From positions 352,001 through 416,000 of the forward strand of contig CAVUKB010000007.1 in NCBI GenBank assembly GCA_963741955.1: DNA of 64,000 nt, read 5' to 3'. The position numbers and the translations under genes are program-made. The notes beneath the pieces were generated by a model, which was given only the letters and a program-made list of their open reading frames with translations, made no database searches and had not been told where the DNA came from. The DNA comes from an uncultured Acidobacteriota bacterium. Lineage in GTDB: Bacteria; Acidobacteriota; Thermoanaerobaculia; Gp7-AA8. Shown piece by piece: positions 47,198 through 56,402 of this stretch. Position 1 is the first letter of the stretch; every line of letters begins with the position of its first letter.

Positions 47198-49228
47198 ATG
47201 GGCGGATTCAACCTGACGGTTTTTGCGACGTTTCTCGGCCAGGCGGCTGCGGCCGCGGCGGTCGCCATTCTGCTGGTCAGTTTCTACCGGCACTATGGTC
47301 GCCGTTATCTCCTCTACTGGTCGTGGAGCTGGTTTGCTCTCGGGCTCTACCACCTCAGCGCGGGCCTCTCTCTCCTCGAGCGCCAGGCGGCAGGAGTGTC
47401 GAGCACGACGGTGGTGCTCAGTTTCATCGCCGGCGTTGCCGGCTACCTCGAGATGGTGTGGCTTCTGTTCGGCTGTTACGAGCTGACCACCCGGCGGCCC
47501 GTGAAGCTGAAGATCAGTCTCTGGCTTCCGGTGTTCTTCGCTGTTATCGGAGGTGCGCTCACCCTCCTGTTCATCACCACGGCGAGCGAGCGGGGAATGG
47601 AGCTCCGTTTCTTCTCCCGGGTCGGAGTGAGGGCGCTTTTCGCAGTGGTGATCTTCGCCATCTCCGGGTGGTGGGTCTGGAGGTCTCGCCGCGGGCGTAC
47701 CAAGGCTCTCGGATTCGTGCTGGTTGGAGCCACGCTGTTCGCCTACTCACTGGAATATCTTCATTACTTCGTCATCGCGGCATCCGCACTCTTCCTGAGC
47801 GCACCGCTGCAGTTCTCGGTCTACCTGAATTTTCTCGATTTTCTCCTCCAGGGTCTGCTCGGGCTGGGGATGGTGACTTCGCTGCTCGAGGACGAGCGTG
47901 AGGCAGCGGTACTGGCGACGAACGAGATCGAGCACCTCGCCTACCACGACTCGCTGACCGGACTCCCGAATCGCACGCTCTTCGTCGACCGTCTGATCGT
48001 CGCGATCGCGCATGCCGAGAGGCATCGGGAGGGCTTCGCAATCCTCTTTCTCGATCTCGACCGATTCAAGGACATCAACGATTCCCTCGGACATTCGGTC
48101 GGCGACGCACTCCTCAAGTCGGTGGCCGAGCGTATCCGGCGCTGCGTACGGACGGAGGACACCGTCGCCCGTTTCGGGGGAGACGAGTTCACGCTCCTGC
48201 TGCCGCGCATCGAGCGGGCGGAAGATGCGGCCAAGGTCGCGCAGAAGGTGCTCGAAACGATCCGAATTCCGTTCGAGGTCGGCGAGCGTGAGCTCTTCGT
48301 CAGCACTTCGATCGGCATCAGTCTCTTTCCCGCCGACGGTGCGAATACCGAGACTCTGATCAAGAATGCGGACTCGGCGATGTACCGCGCAAAGGAATAC
48401 GGCCGGGACACGTACCAGCTCTACACCCCGGCGATGAATGCCCGCGCTCTCGAACGCCTTGCGCTCGAGAACATGCTTCGAAGGGCGATCAGGGAAGAGG
48501 AGTTCGTCCTCTTCTTCCAACCGCTGATCGACGTGAAACGGATGAAGATCCGTGCGGTCGAAGCGCTGATCCGGTGGCGGCATCCGGAGCTCGGTCTCCT
48601 CCTTCCGGCCCACTTCATGCCGGTTGCAGAGGCGAGCGGTCTGATCGTCCCGATGGGTCACTGGTGCCTTCTCGCCGCATGCCGCCAGGCTCGAGCCTGG
48701 CAGAAGAAGATCGCTCCGATCGGGGTGGCAGTGAATCTCTCTGCACGCCAGTTCTCGGAGCCCGACCTGGTTCAGGTGATTCGTTCGGTCCTGGACGACA
48801 CGGGGCTCGATCCTTCACAGCTGGAACTCGAGATCACCGAGAGTAACGCGATGCAGAACGCGCAGCGGACCATTCACATCCTGCGCGAGCTCAAGTCGAT
48901 CGGAGTCCGCATCTCTATGGACGACTTCGGAACCGGCTACTCGTCTCTCAGTTATCTCAAACAGTTCCCGATCGACACGTTGAAGCTCGACCAGTCGTTC
49001 GTGGGAGGAATCGCGGACGACCCGAACGACGGAGCGATCGCCACGGCGGTGATCTCCATGGCCCACAGCCTCCGGCTCAAGGTGGTTGCCGAAGGTGTGG
49101 AGACCGAGTCCCAATTCGCTTTTCTGAAATCGCAGAGCTGCGATCAGATCCAGGGGTTTTACTTCAGCCGTCCGCTTCCGCTCGACGAGCTCGAACGCTT
49201 TACGGCGGAGAACAATCACCTGCTCTGA
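47198..49228 (+). CDS. Membrane-bound GGDEF-EAL (c-di-GMP) protein
   Basis: About 7 TM helices, DSLTGLPNR, intact GGDEF, EAL, ELEITE and DDFGTGYSS. Confidence 0.95.
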   Translation: MGGFNLTVFATFLGQAAAAAAVAILLVSFYRHYGRRYLLYWSWSWFALGLYHLSAGLSLLERQAAGVSSTTVVLSFIAGVAGYLEMVWLLFGCYELTTRRPVKLKISLWLPVFFAVIGGALTLLFITTASERGMELRFFSRVGVRALFAVVIFAISGWWVWRSRRGRTKALGFVLVGATLFAYSLEYLHYFVIAASALFLSAPLQFSVYLNFLDFLLQGLLGLGMVTSLLEDEREAAVLATNEIEHLAYHDSLTGLPNRTLFVDRLIVAIAHAERHREGFAILFLDLDRFKDINDSLGHSVGDALLKSVAERIRRCVRTEDTVARFGGDEFTLLLPRIERAEDAAKVAQKVLETIRIPFEVGERELFVSTSIGISLFPADGANTETLIKNADSAMYRAKEYGRDTYQLYTPAMNARALERLALENMLRRAIREEEFVLFFQPLIDVKRMKIRAVEALIRWRHPELGLLLPAHFMPVAEASGLIVPMGHWCLLAACRQARAWQKKIAPIGVAVNLSARQFSEPDLVQVIRSVLDDTGLDPSQLELEITESNAMQNAQRTIHILRELKSIGVRISMDDFGTGYSSLSYLKQFPIDTLKLDQSFVGGIADDPNDGAIATAVISMAHSLRLKVVAEGVETESQFAFLKSQSCDQIQGFYFSRPLPLDELERFTAENNHLL

Positions 49229-49262
49229 GAGTGCCGTCTGCGACTCGCCGTGAGCCTATCCC

Positions 49263-50234
49263 TCAGCCGACGATCTGTTCGGCGAGCTTGAAGAGGGTCA
49301 GAGGAGCACTTCCTTCGGCCTTGTTGTTGGCGACGATCATGACTTCCCCTCCCCGGGTCACGGCGGTCGTCGCGAGCCGCGCCACCGCGTCACGGGTATC
49401 CGAGTCCTCGTCGACCAGGTGGTCGAACGGCGCGTAACGCTCCTTCGCCTCCTCGTACATCATTCCTCCGTGCAGCATCCATCGGATGACCAGGCGATCG
49501 GCGACGGCTTCCGACGCGATCTCCGCCTGCTCGCCCACCGGCGGCATGCGAGGATGCACGTTGACGCAATGAGATGCGCCGGCCACGGAAAGTGCGCCGG
49601 CATAGTCACTGGTGAGAAGCTCCGGATCGCGGATCTCCACCGCATACCATGGACCTTTCGGAAGGGCGGAGAGGAACGCGGCGATATGCGCGATGAATCG
49701 CGCCGGGTCGCGGGTGAAATGAGATCCGAGAGGAGGGAACTGGAAGACGAGAGGTCCTCCGCGATCGCCTACTCCTTCCATGAAGGGAGTCACGACATGC
49801 TCGATCGCCCAGCCGGGATCGAGAAAGTGCGGGTTGGGAGCTGGCGGTCCATCCGTTCCCGTTCGTAGCTCGGGAGATGTGCATGCACGCGCCGCCTTCA
49901 CGAGGAAGCGGAAATCGCCGGGGACCTGTGATGCGTATCCGGCCAGAACGTCCGCGGAAACGGGGGTGTAGTAGGTCCGGTCGACTCCGACGGCGCGAAG
50001 GAGCGGGTGTCGTGAGTAGACGGCGAGTCCCTGCCGGGAGAGAAAGCGGACGTTTGTGGGGCGGTCCCAGACGATTCCTCTCCATCCCGGAAACGACCAG
50101 GAGGACGTTCCGAGCCGGATGCTGCGCGGAATGCGCGAAGCGATCGACTGCAGTGAATCGGGAATCGCCGCCAGTCCGAGCCCTTCTTTCCGGGACGGAG
50201 CGGCGGGGAAGAGCGGAAGCTGCTCATTCGCCAT
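49263..50234 (-). CDS. DUF72 family protein
   Basis: RLGTSSWSFPGW, DRTYY, FRFLVKA, FQFPP, AVEIR and NNKAEGSAP; start uncertain (50234 or 50288). Confidence 0.88.
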   Translation of the reverse strand: MANEQLPLFPAAPSRKEGLGLAAIPDSLQSIASRIPRSIRLGTSSWSFPGWRGIVWDRPTNVRFLSRQGLAVYSRHPLLRAVGVDRTYYTPVSADVLAGYASQVPGDFRFLVKAARACTSPELRTGTDGPPAPNPHFLDPGWAIEHVVTPFMEGVGDRGGPLVFQFPPLGSHFTRDPARFIAHIAAFLSALPKGPWYAVEIRDPELLTSDYAGALSVAGASHCVNVHPRMPPVGEQAEIASEAVADRLVIRWMLHGGMMYEEAKERYAPFDHLVDEDSDTRDAVARLATTAVTRGGEVMIVANNKAEGSAPLTLFKLAEQIVG

Positions 50235-50339
50235 CCGGAAAGTTTGCCACGGATCGGTGCCGGTTGGGGCAGGGCGCCGATCGTTCATCCCGTCCTGATA
50301 TAGGATTCCGGGATTGCGGCCCTCAGGAGGAGACGGATC

Positions 50340-51764
50340 ATGACGGAGAGACTGAAAGAACAGCGCCACGCCATCACCCTGCGCGTTCTCGACCGGGCGC
50401 GGCAGGAGGCGCAACGCTTTCTCGACAGTCTCGAGTCGAGGCCGGTGCGCGCTGCAGCCTCGCTCGGCGAGTTGCGTGAGGCGCTCGGTGGCGATCTGCC
50501 GGAGAAGGGAACCGATCCGGTGGCGGAGATCGCCTCCATCGCAGAAGCGATGGACCGCGGGATCGTTGCTTCGGCAGGACCGCGGTATTTCGGATTCGTG
50601 ATCGGCGGGTCGACTCCCGCCACAATCGCGGCGGACTGGTTGACCTCCGTCTGGGACCAGAATCCGGGTCTCTATGCGACGAGTCCGGCGATGTCGGTGG
50701 CGGAGGAGACCGCTGCGCGCTGGGTTCTCGAACTGCTGGGCCTTCCCGCGACTGCGGGCCTCGGATTCGTCACCGGCTGCCAGATGGCGAATTTCACCTG
50801 CCTTGCTGCGGCGCGCCATGCGGTGCTGCGGCGTATCGGATGGGACGTCGAAGAGAATGGACTCCAGGGTGCGCCGAAAGTGAACATCGTCATCAGTGAA
50901 GAAGCCCACGTGACGATTCACACCTCGCTCCGCATGCTCGGTTTCGGCCTCGAGGGCGCGAAGGTGGTTCCGACCGACGATGAGGGTCGGATGCGAGCGG
51001 ACGACCTTCAGTCGGTGCTCGGGCGACTGGAAGGACCGACCATCGTCTGTGCACAGGCGGGAAACGTGAACAGCGGATCGTTCGATCCGATCTCGGAGAT
51101 CGTGGAGATCGCACACGCCCGCGGTGCGTGGGTCCACATCGACGGTGCGTTCGGATTGTGGGCCTCCGTGGTTTCTTCGAGAGCCCATCTGCTTCGGGGA
51201 TTCGAGCGCGCTGACTCCTGGGCGACAGACGCGCACAAATGGCTGAATGTCCCGTACGACTGCGGCATCGCGATCGTCGCGGACCGCAATGCGCAGCGAG
51301 GCGCGATGTCGGTCAAGGCGGCGTATCTCGAGCATGCGGAGAACGCCGAGCGCGATCCGTTCGAATGGGGACCCGAGTTCTCCCGTCGGGGACGAGGGTT
51401 CACCGTCTACACCGCACTCAGAACTCTCGGCCGTCAAGGTGTTGTGGCGATGATCGAGAGGAACTGCGATCAAGCATCGCGGATTGCGAAGCGGCTCGGG
51501 GAGGAAAAGGGCATCGAGATCCTGAATGACGTCGTGTTGAACCAGGTACTGGTCCGTTTCGAGGGGGAGAATGACGAAGCGGGGGATCAGCTCACACGCG
51601 AGGTGATCCGCCGCGTCCAGCAGGAAGGGACGTGCTGGCTCGGGGGGACGGTGTGGCACGGGAAGGGAGCGATGCGCATTTCCGTCTCCAACTGGTCGAC
51701 GACGGACGAGGACATCGACCGCTCCGCCGACGCGATCCTCCGAGCGTGGCGCGAGGGGCGGTGA
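50340..51764 (+). CDS. Group II PLP-dependent decarboxylase (aromatic/glutamate decarboxylase family)
   Basis: PRYFGFV.GG, HIDGAFG and ATDAHKWLNVPYDCG (PLP lysine); AGGAGG RBS. Confidence 0.92.
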   Translation: MTERLKEQRHAITLRVLDRARQEAQRFLDSLESRPVRAAASLGELREALGGDLPEKGTDPVAEIASIAEAMDRGIVASAGPRYFGFVIGGSTPATIAADWLTSVWDQNPGLYATSPAMSVAEETAARWVLELLGLPATAGLGFVTGCQMANFTCLAAARHAVLRRIGWDVEENGLQGAPKVNIVISEEAHVTIHTSLRMLGFGLEGAKVVPTDDEGRMRADDLQSVLGRLEGPTIVCAQAGNVNSGSFDPISEIVEIAHARGAWVHIDGAFGLWASVVSSRAHLLRGFERADSWATDAHKWLNVPYDCGIAIVADRNAQRGAMSVKAAYLEHAENAERDPFEWGPEFSRRGRGFTVYTALRTLGRQGVVAMIERNCDQASRIAKRLGEEKGIEILNDVVLNQVLVRFEGENDEAGDQLTREVIRRVQQEGTCWLGGTVWHGKGAMRISVSNWSTTDEDIDRSADAILRAWREGR

Positions 51765-51860
51765 GAAGGAGATGCCGGTTGCAGCTGCGGGCGGATCGCG
51801 ATCGAGAACTTCGCCATCCGGCTCGTACTCTCAGCCCCAACGGCCCGAACTTAAGGGGCA

Positions 51861-52021
51861 CTGTGGGTGTTCACAGAGCCGATGCGCGGAGTTACTGCGC
51901 ATCGGCCGCAGGTGTCGTCTCGTTGCGTTCTGAAGGCGATCTGCCAGGGCCACGGCGGGAGCCGTGGCGCCCCTCGGAGAGGGGATCCTTCGCTGCCCGG
52001 CAAGCTCGCGACGAGATGGTG
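51861..52021 (+). ncRNA. Candidate structured RNA (unassigned)
   Basis: Four local hairpins plus a 12-bp enclosing stem whose two non-Watson-Crick positions are G-U on the plus strand; one GNRA loop (GGGA). Confidence 0.3.
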
Positions 52022-52050
52022 TGAGAAATGCGGGTCAGCGGGAATGCCGA

Positions 52051-52746
52051 TCAGTGCTGATCGAAGACGCGCGCGATGAGCGAGAGCTCGATCTTTCCGC
52101 CGAGCATCTCCCAGCAGGCGAGGACGTCGTGGCGGTACGGCAGCGGTTTCTGCCCGCCGTCGGTTCTCATCCGCGCGGCGAGTGAATAGCGGGCGCGGTT
52201 GTACCACTTCTGTGCCGCATCGGGATTCGACAGGAGAAACTCACGAGCCGAATCGATCTTCTCGAGATCGGATTCGGACGGTTCTTCGTTCAGAGCCGTC
52301 GCGGTCGCGACGATCGGGCGCGGCAGACTCTCCTGACGCTTTCGTCGTTCCGCGATCGACTGGAGTTTTCTCTCCAGCGTCCCCATCTCCGGGACACCGG
52401 TTGCCCGGATCATCCGGCCGATGAAGCCGGCAGACGCGTTCGACTCTTCGGAAAATCGCAACCCCGAGTGATAGAGGAATTTTCCCTTCGAATCGATCTC
52501 ATGTGACAGCCGGCTCCACACCACGACCGAGCGGATCTGATGCTGTTCGCCGGCTCCGAACGAAAGACGCAGCACCGCGGTGCATCCGAGCTTGATCGGA
52601 TCGAGATGAGTGACCTGCGCGCCTCCGGCGGCGACGTTCACCAGCGCGACTGAAGAACCGTTGAACGTGGCGGAGACGGGTCCCTGAATCAGGAACCGCC
52701 TGGCGGTGCGGCACTCCGCCGCCCGTATCGAATCGTTGTCGTCCAT
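52051..52746 (-). CDS. PilZ-domain protein with uncharacterised helical C-terminal domain
   Basis: RTARR (RxxxR), NVAAGG (variant of D/NxSxxG) and VVWS...SGLRF. Confidence 0.75.
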   Translation of the reverse strand: MDDNDSIRAAECRTARRFLIQGPVSATFNGSSVALVNVAAGGAQVTHLDPIKLGCTAVLRLSFGAGEQHQIRSVVVWSRLSHEIDSKGKFLYHSGLRFSEESNASAGFIGRMIRATGVPEMGTLERKLQSIAERRKRQESLPRPIVATATALNEEPSESDLEKIDSAREFLLSNPDAAQKWYNRARYSLAARMRTDGGQKPLPYRHDVLACWEMLGGKIELSLIARVFDQH

Positions 52747-52946
52747 ACAGAGCTCCCAGGGAAGAACTGACCAGCAGAGACAGCCGGTGCCGTCCGAATC
52801 GGGATGGGCCGCAGGCACCGAACCTGCCGACTATATCGAAGAATCGAAAAGCTGCGTATCCCTCTGTCGGGGGATGCGAAAGACTGCGGTTCTTCGGCCG
52901 TGACGGAGCGTGGCCGGTCGGCCGTCATCCGAAGAAGCCGCACCAT

Positions 52947-54896
52947 TCAGTGGCGCACGCCCCGCCTTCGCGCCGTCTCCACGAGGCTCTTGATCTCGAC
53001 ACCGCGGCTGACGCTGCCGATGAGGAGGCGTTTCCCTGCGGGATCGACGGCGAGTGTCGCGACGCTCTCGGGGAAACCGGCCCAGGTGAGGAACGACCCC
53101 CAGGTCCTTCCATGATCACCCGAGCGGTAGATTCCGCTCCCGTCGATCGCGGCGTAGATCTGCCCGGTGAGCGGATTGGCCGCGACCGCCGATGCAGGGA
53201 AGTCTGTGACCTTCCACGTGACGCCCCAGTCTCCACTGGTCACGAGACGTCGCTGCAGCGAGCCATTGACCGAGACCGATGCGGCCGCGTAGACGTGTGC
53301 CGGCTCCTTCGGGTCGACCGCGATCGCGATGACCGAGATTCCGGAGTCGCTGGTGCGATCCCAGTCGTCGCCGCTGTTGGTACTCCGATAGATGCCGCGG
53401 TCGGTTCCGAGATAGACGTTCCTCGTATCGAGAGGATCGATCGCGATCGAGTGAACTACGGGAGAGAAGGGATCGAACAGAACGCGGTACCAGTTGTCGC
53501 CCGAGTTCTCCGATTTCTCGACCACGAATCCGCCGGTCCAGACGATGGAGGGATCTTTGGGATCGACCGCGACGGTGAGCAGGGGGCCGGACGGGGCAGG
53601 ACGGACGAGATCCCAGGTCGCACCTCCGTCGCTGCTCCGGTACGTGCCGCGGTAGTACGAGACGCCGAAGATCGCGGACGAGTCGGGCGCGGTGGCGATC
53701 GACGTGATGTCGTAAGCGAGTGCCGGCGTGAGCCGGGTCCAGGAGATTCCTCCGTCGTTCGAACCGTACACGTCTCCCTGAATGGTCGCGGCGCGGATGC
53801 GATCGGGATCCGCCGGGTCAGCGCTGATCGAGGTGATGGTGGACGCCACCACGCCGGTCGAATCGGTCAGGGTCGCTCCGCCGTCACTGCTGTAGAGAAG
53901 GCCGTCCTTCGCCCCCGCGACGACGACGTTCTTCCACTGCGGATGAATGCCGACGTCGAACATCGGCCGGTCGGCGAGCCGGGTCCACGTTTCTCCGGCA
54001 TCCGCGCTGAGGTACAGACCACCGCTCGTTGCTGCCAGCACCCGGTCGGCGTTCGAAGGGTCGGCAGCGATGCCCGCCGGAAGTCCGGCCGACGAGGCGA
54101 CGGACTGATCGATCGCGGTCCAGGTGGTGCCTCGATCGTCGCTCCGGTAGAGGACGTGATCCCCGTTCGAGCTCGCGAAAATCCGGTTCGCGTTTGCGGG
54201 GCTGAACGCGAGACGGTCGAACTGCATGGTCTGTGGGAGCGCCTGCCAGCTCTCGCCATGGTCGTCGCTGTGGAGCGTCCCGGCGATCGCGGCGGTGCTG
54301 GTGGCCCAGATCGAACCGGAGGGATCGAGCGTCAGTCCGGTGGTACAGAGCTCGTTCGTGAGGTGGATCCAGTGGACGCCGTCGTCGTAGCTCCGGAACA
54401 CCCCGGCGTCCGACGCGAAGGATGCAGCTCCTCTCGACTTGAAGACCGCCTCACAATCGGCGCCGACGTAGATCGCGGAGTCGTGGGGATCGATGATGAT
54501 CGAGGTTTGTCTCGACGAGCCGGTGTATCCCACTCTCCGCCACGTGTTGCCGCGGTCGGTCGTACGCCAGACGTCTTGCGGCGTCACCGCGAAGAGAGAG
54601 GCGTGATGACCGGGATCGATCGCGGCATCGACCATGGTGAAATTGCTGGCGCGGCTCCAGGTGTGTCCTCCATCCATACTTCGAAAGAGGTATCCGGCAC
54701 TCCGGGTGTCGGCGGTGTGCGTGGCCGTTCCTCCGCTCGCGATCGCGAACATGATGTCGGGACTCGAGGAGTCGAAGATGATCCGGTCGATCTCTCCCCC
54801 GGAGGGGCCGGCTCCGAATGCGGCCGTCGCGACGACGGTCAGGATGGCGAAGCTGGCTGCACGCGCGAACCGGCGGACGAAAATCTTCTGTCGCAC
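52947..54896 (-). CDS. Secreted BNR/Asp-box (VPS10-like) beta-propeller protein
   Basis: Signal peptide, more than 10 S.D.G.TW Asp-boxes, C-terminal RRRGVRH; GTG start with GGAGG RBS. Confidence 0.88.
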   Translation of the reverse strand: MRQKIFVRRFARAASFAILTVVATAAFGAGPSGGEIDRIIFDSSSPDIMFAIASGGTATHTADTRSAGYLFRSMDGGHTWSRASNFTMVDAAIDPGHHASLFAVTPQDVWRTTDRGNTWRRVGYTGSSRQTSIIIDPHDSAIYVGADCEAVFKSRGAASFASDAGVFRSYDDGVHWIHLTNELCTTGLTLDPSGSIWATSTAAIAGTLHSDDHGESWQALPQTMQFDRLAFSPANANRIFASSNGDHVLYRSDDRGTTWTAIDQSVASSAGLPAGIAADPSNADRVLAATSGGLYLSADAGETWTRLADRPMFDVGIHPQWKNVVVAGAKDGLLYSSDGGATLTDSTGVVASTITSISADPADPDRIRAATIQGDVYGSNDGGISWTRLTPALAYDITSIATAPDSSAIFGVSYYRGTYRSSDGGATWDLVRPAPSGPLLTVAVDPKDPSIVWTGGFVVEKSENSGDNWYRVLFDPFSPVVHSIAIDPLDTRNVYLGTDRGIYRSTNSGDDWDRTSDSGISVIAIAVDPKEPAHVYAAASVSVNGSLQRRLVTSGDWGVTWKVTDFPASAVAANPLTGQIYAAIDGSGIYRSGDHGRTWGSFLTWAGFPESVATLAVDPAGKRLLIGSVSRGVEIKSLVETARRRGVRH

Positions 54897-54967
54897 TCTC
54901 TCACCTCCGCGACCCGGAATCCGCGACGGTGTGGATTTCGGGATCACTGGTCTGACCGACTCTTATA

Positions 54968-55378
54968 TCACCGCCCGTATTCGGCGGCTTCGACCGCGAC
55001 GCTGCTCCCGCTGATCCGGCCGCGCAGCACGAGATGTGAGCTCGTCGGCGCCACACCGGACGAGGTTGCCGTCGCCCGAAGGGTGAACTGACCGCTGGGG
55101 CTGCGCTGAAAGTCGGCCTTCAGGACTCCGTCGGATGTGGTGACGTCAATGTGCCGGCTCGAGCCGCTCACCATTTGTCTCGCCGCGAGCTCCGCCGCAT
55201 TCTCTGCGAAGATCTCCGACGCGATCCGGCTGTGGAAACCCGCAGCCTCACGGCTCTTCGCCGTCGACTCCATCAGCACCAGTCCCATCAGCGCGAAGTA
55301 GAGGACTGCAAGGACGAGCACGCTCACGAGGGCGAACCCTCGATCACTTCGGGCGCGGCGTGAAGACCTGGTCGACAA
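54968..55378 (-). CDS. PilX/GspK-like minor pilin
   Basis: RG|FALVSVLVLAVL (class III signal lacking Glu5) and AENAAE; probable TTG start with a GGAG RBS. Confidence 0.7.
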   Translation of the reverse strand: MSTRSSRRARSDRGFALVSVLVLAVLYFALMGLVLMESTAKSREAAGFHSRIASEIFAENAAELAARQMVSGSSRHIDVTTSDGVLKADFQRSPSGQFTLRATATSSGVAPTSSHLVLRGRISGSSVAVEAAEYGR

Positions 55379-55832
55379 TGACCTCTCCTTTCGAATCGGT
55401 TCCCTCCAGCCGGACGGCCGTCTTCCCGTCGGGCATGTCGTAGCTGTCGAACGTGAATGCCGGCACATTGAATGCGGCCCACGCCGATTTCTTCGCGGCA
55501 CCGGTGTATTCGATGCGTCGCGCGGTTCCGCTCTCGGAGACGTCCCAGACGACGGTCGTCGCTGGTGGTGTCGAGAGTCTGAGAATCAGCACCGTGTGTG
55601 ATTGCGACCACTCGTCGAACGGGTCGGGATATCCGGTCGTGTCGAGGACGTCGCGCCGCATCCGGGTGATCACGGCGCTCCTGTCGGGATGGGTGAAGAA
55701 GTCGAGCTGCATGGAGCGGTCGAACCGGACCATTTCGGCCTCGAGAGCGGCCAGGATCAGGATGAGAAGACCGAACATCGCCAGCGCAATGACGATCTCG
55801 AGCATCGAGAACCCCCGGCACCTCCTCACCAC
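55344..55832 (-). CDS. Prepilin-type N-methylation protein (PilW/GspJ-like)
   Basis: RG|FSMLEIVIAL class III signal peptide. Confidence 0.85.
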   Translation of the reverse strand: MVRRCRGFSMLEIVIALAMFGLLILILAALEAEMVRFDRSMQLDFFTHPDRSAVITRMRRDVLDTTGYPDPFDEWSQSHTVLILRLSTPPATTVVWDVSESGTARRIEYTGAAKKSAWAAFNVPAFTFDSYDMPDGKTAVRLEGTDSKGEVIVDQVFTPRPK

Positions 55833-56221
55833 AGATTCGAGCCTCCGGTGTCGGTCCGGATGACGTCCACGGTGACGGGGGAGGACTTCCCTTCCCAGAT
55901 GATGCTCAGGTGCGCAGTCTTGACATCGGGTGCGGTCTGCTCGATGGAGAGAGTCGCTTTCGCGTTCGGAAGCCGAGCGAGAAGCTTCTGGCCGGTTTGA
56001 AACGGAAGAGCCGTCGTGACGGTCAGTCCGGCGTATTCGACGTGACGGAGATACTCGGCTTCGTCGCCGAGTACCTGCCAGGCGAAGATCGTCTGCTCGG
56101 CCCGCCGAAGACGGGCGCTCCGGTCATAGAAGATTCCGAGTGAGGTCGTGACGATCAGCGCGAGAATCAGAAGCGAGACCAGAATCTCGACCATCGTGAA
56201 TCCGCGCTGTCCGTGTTTCAT
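55826..56221 (-). CDS. Prepilin-type N-methylation protein (PilV/GspI-like)
   Basis: MKHGQRG|FTMVEILVSL class III signal peptide. Confidence 0.85.
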   Translation of the reverse strand: MKHGQRGFTMVEILVSLLILALIVTTSLGIFYDRSARLRRAEQTIFAWQVLGDEAEYLRHVEYAGLTVTTALPFQTGQKLLARLPNAKATLSIEQTAPDVKTAHLSIIWEGKSSPVTVDVIRTDTGGSNLW

Positions 56222-56363
56222 GCGGTTCCGGTTCACGGTGCTCCATTGTGACAGGTCAGGGGCGGAAAGGTTCAGTGTCGAGCGATGGCCTCGAATTCGG
56301 AACGGGGAAGTGGCCGGGTCCTGGCCGGTCGCGCCCCTCATTGCCCGCAATCCACAACCTCGC

Positions 56364-56393
56364 TTGACGGCTGCTGCGGCTCCTCCATAACAT
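56364..56393 (+). promoter_or_regulatory. Sigma70-type promoter of gltX
   Basis: TTGACG-18 nt-TAACAT, 9 nt before the ATG; no SD. Confidence 0.55.
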
Positions 56394-56402
56394 CACCGCG
56401 CC

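Noticed and set aside
49263-51659. 798-aa ORF suggesting a long DUF72 fusion
   Set aside because: The N-terminal ~470 codons are mostly the antisense shadow of the PLP decarboxylase; only about 49263-50234 is credible.
52790-52942. Possible c-di-GMP riboswitch upstream of the PilZ gene
   Set aside because: Hairpins exist (e.g. 52885-52942), but I cannot find the GEMM consensus in the correct orientation; more likely a terminator or stability structure.
52950-55091. 713-aa plus-strand ORF, and similar long ORFs at 2877-4826, 12498-14693, 32781-34733, 58029-59687 and 60818-62611
   Set aside because: All lie antisense to well-supported genes and lack recognisable motifs.
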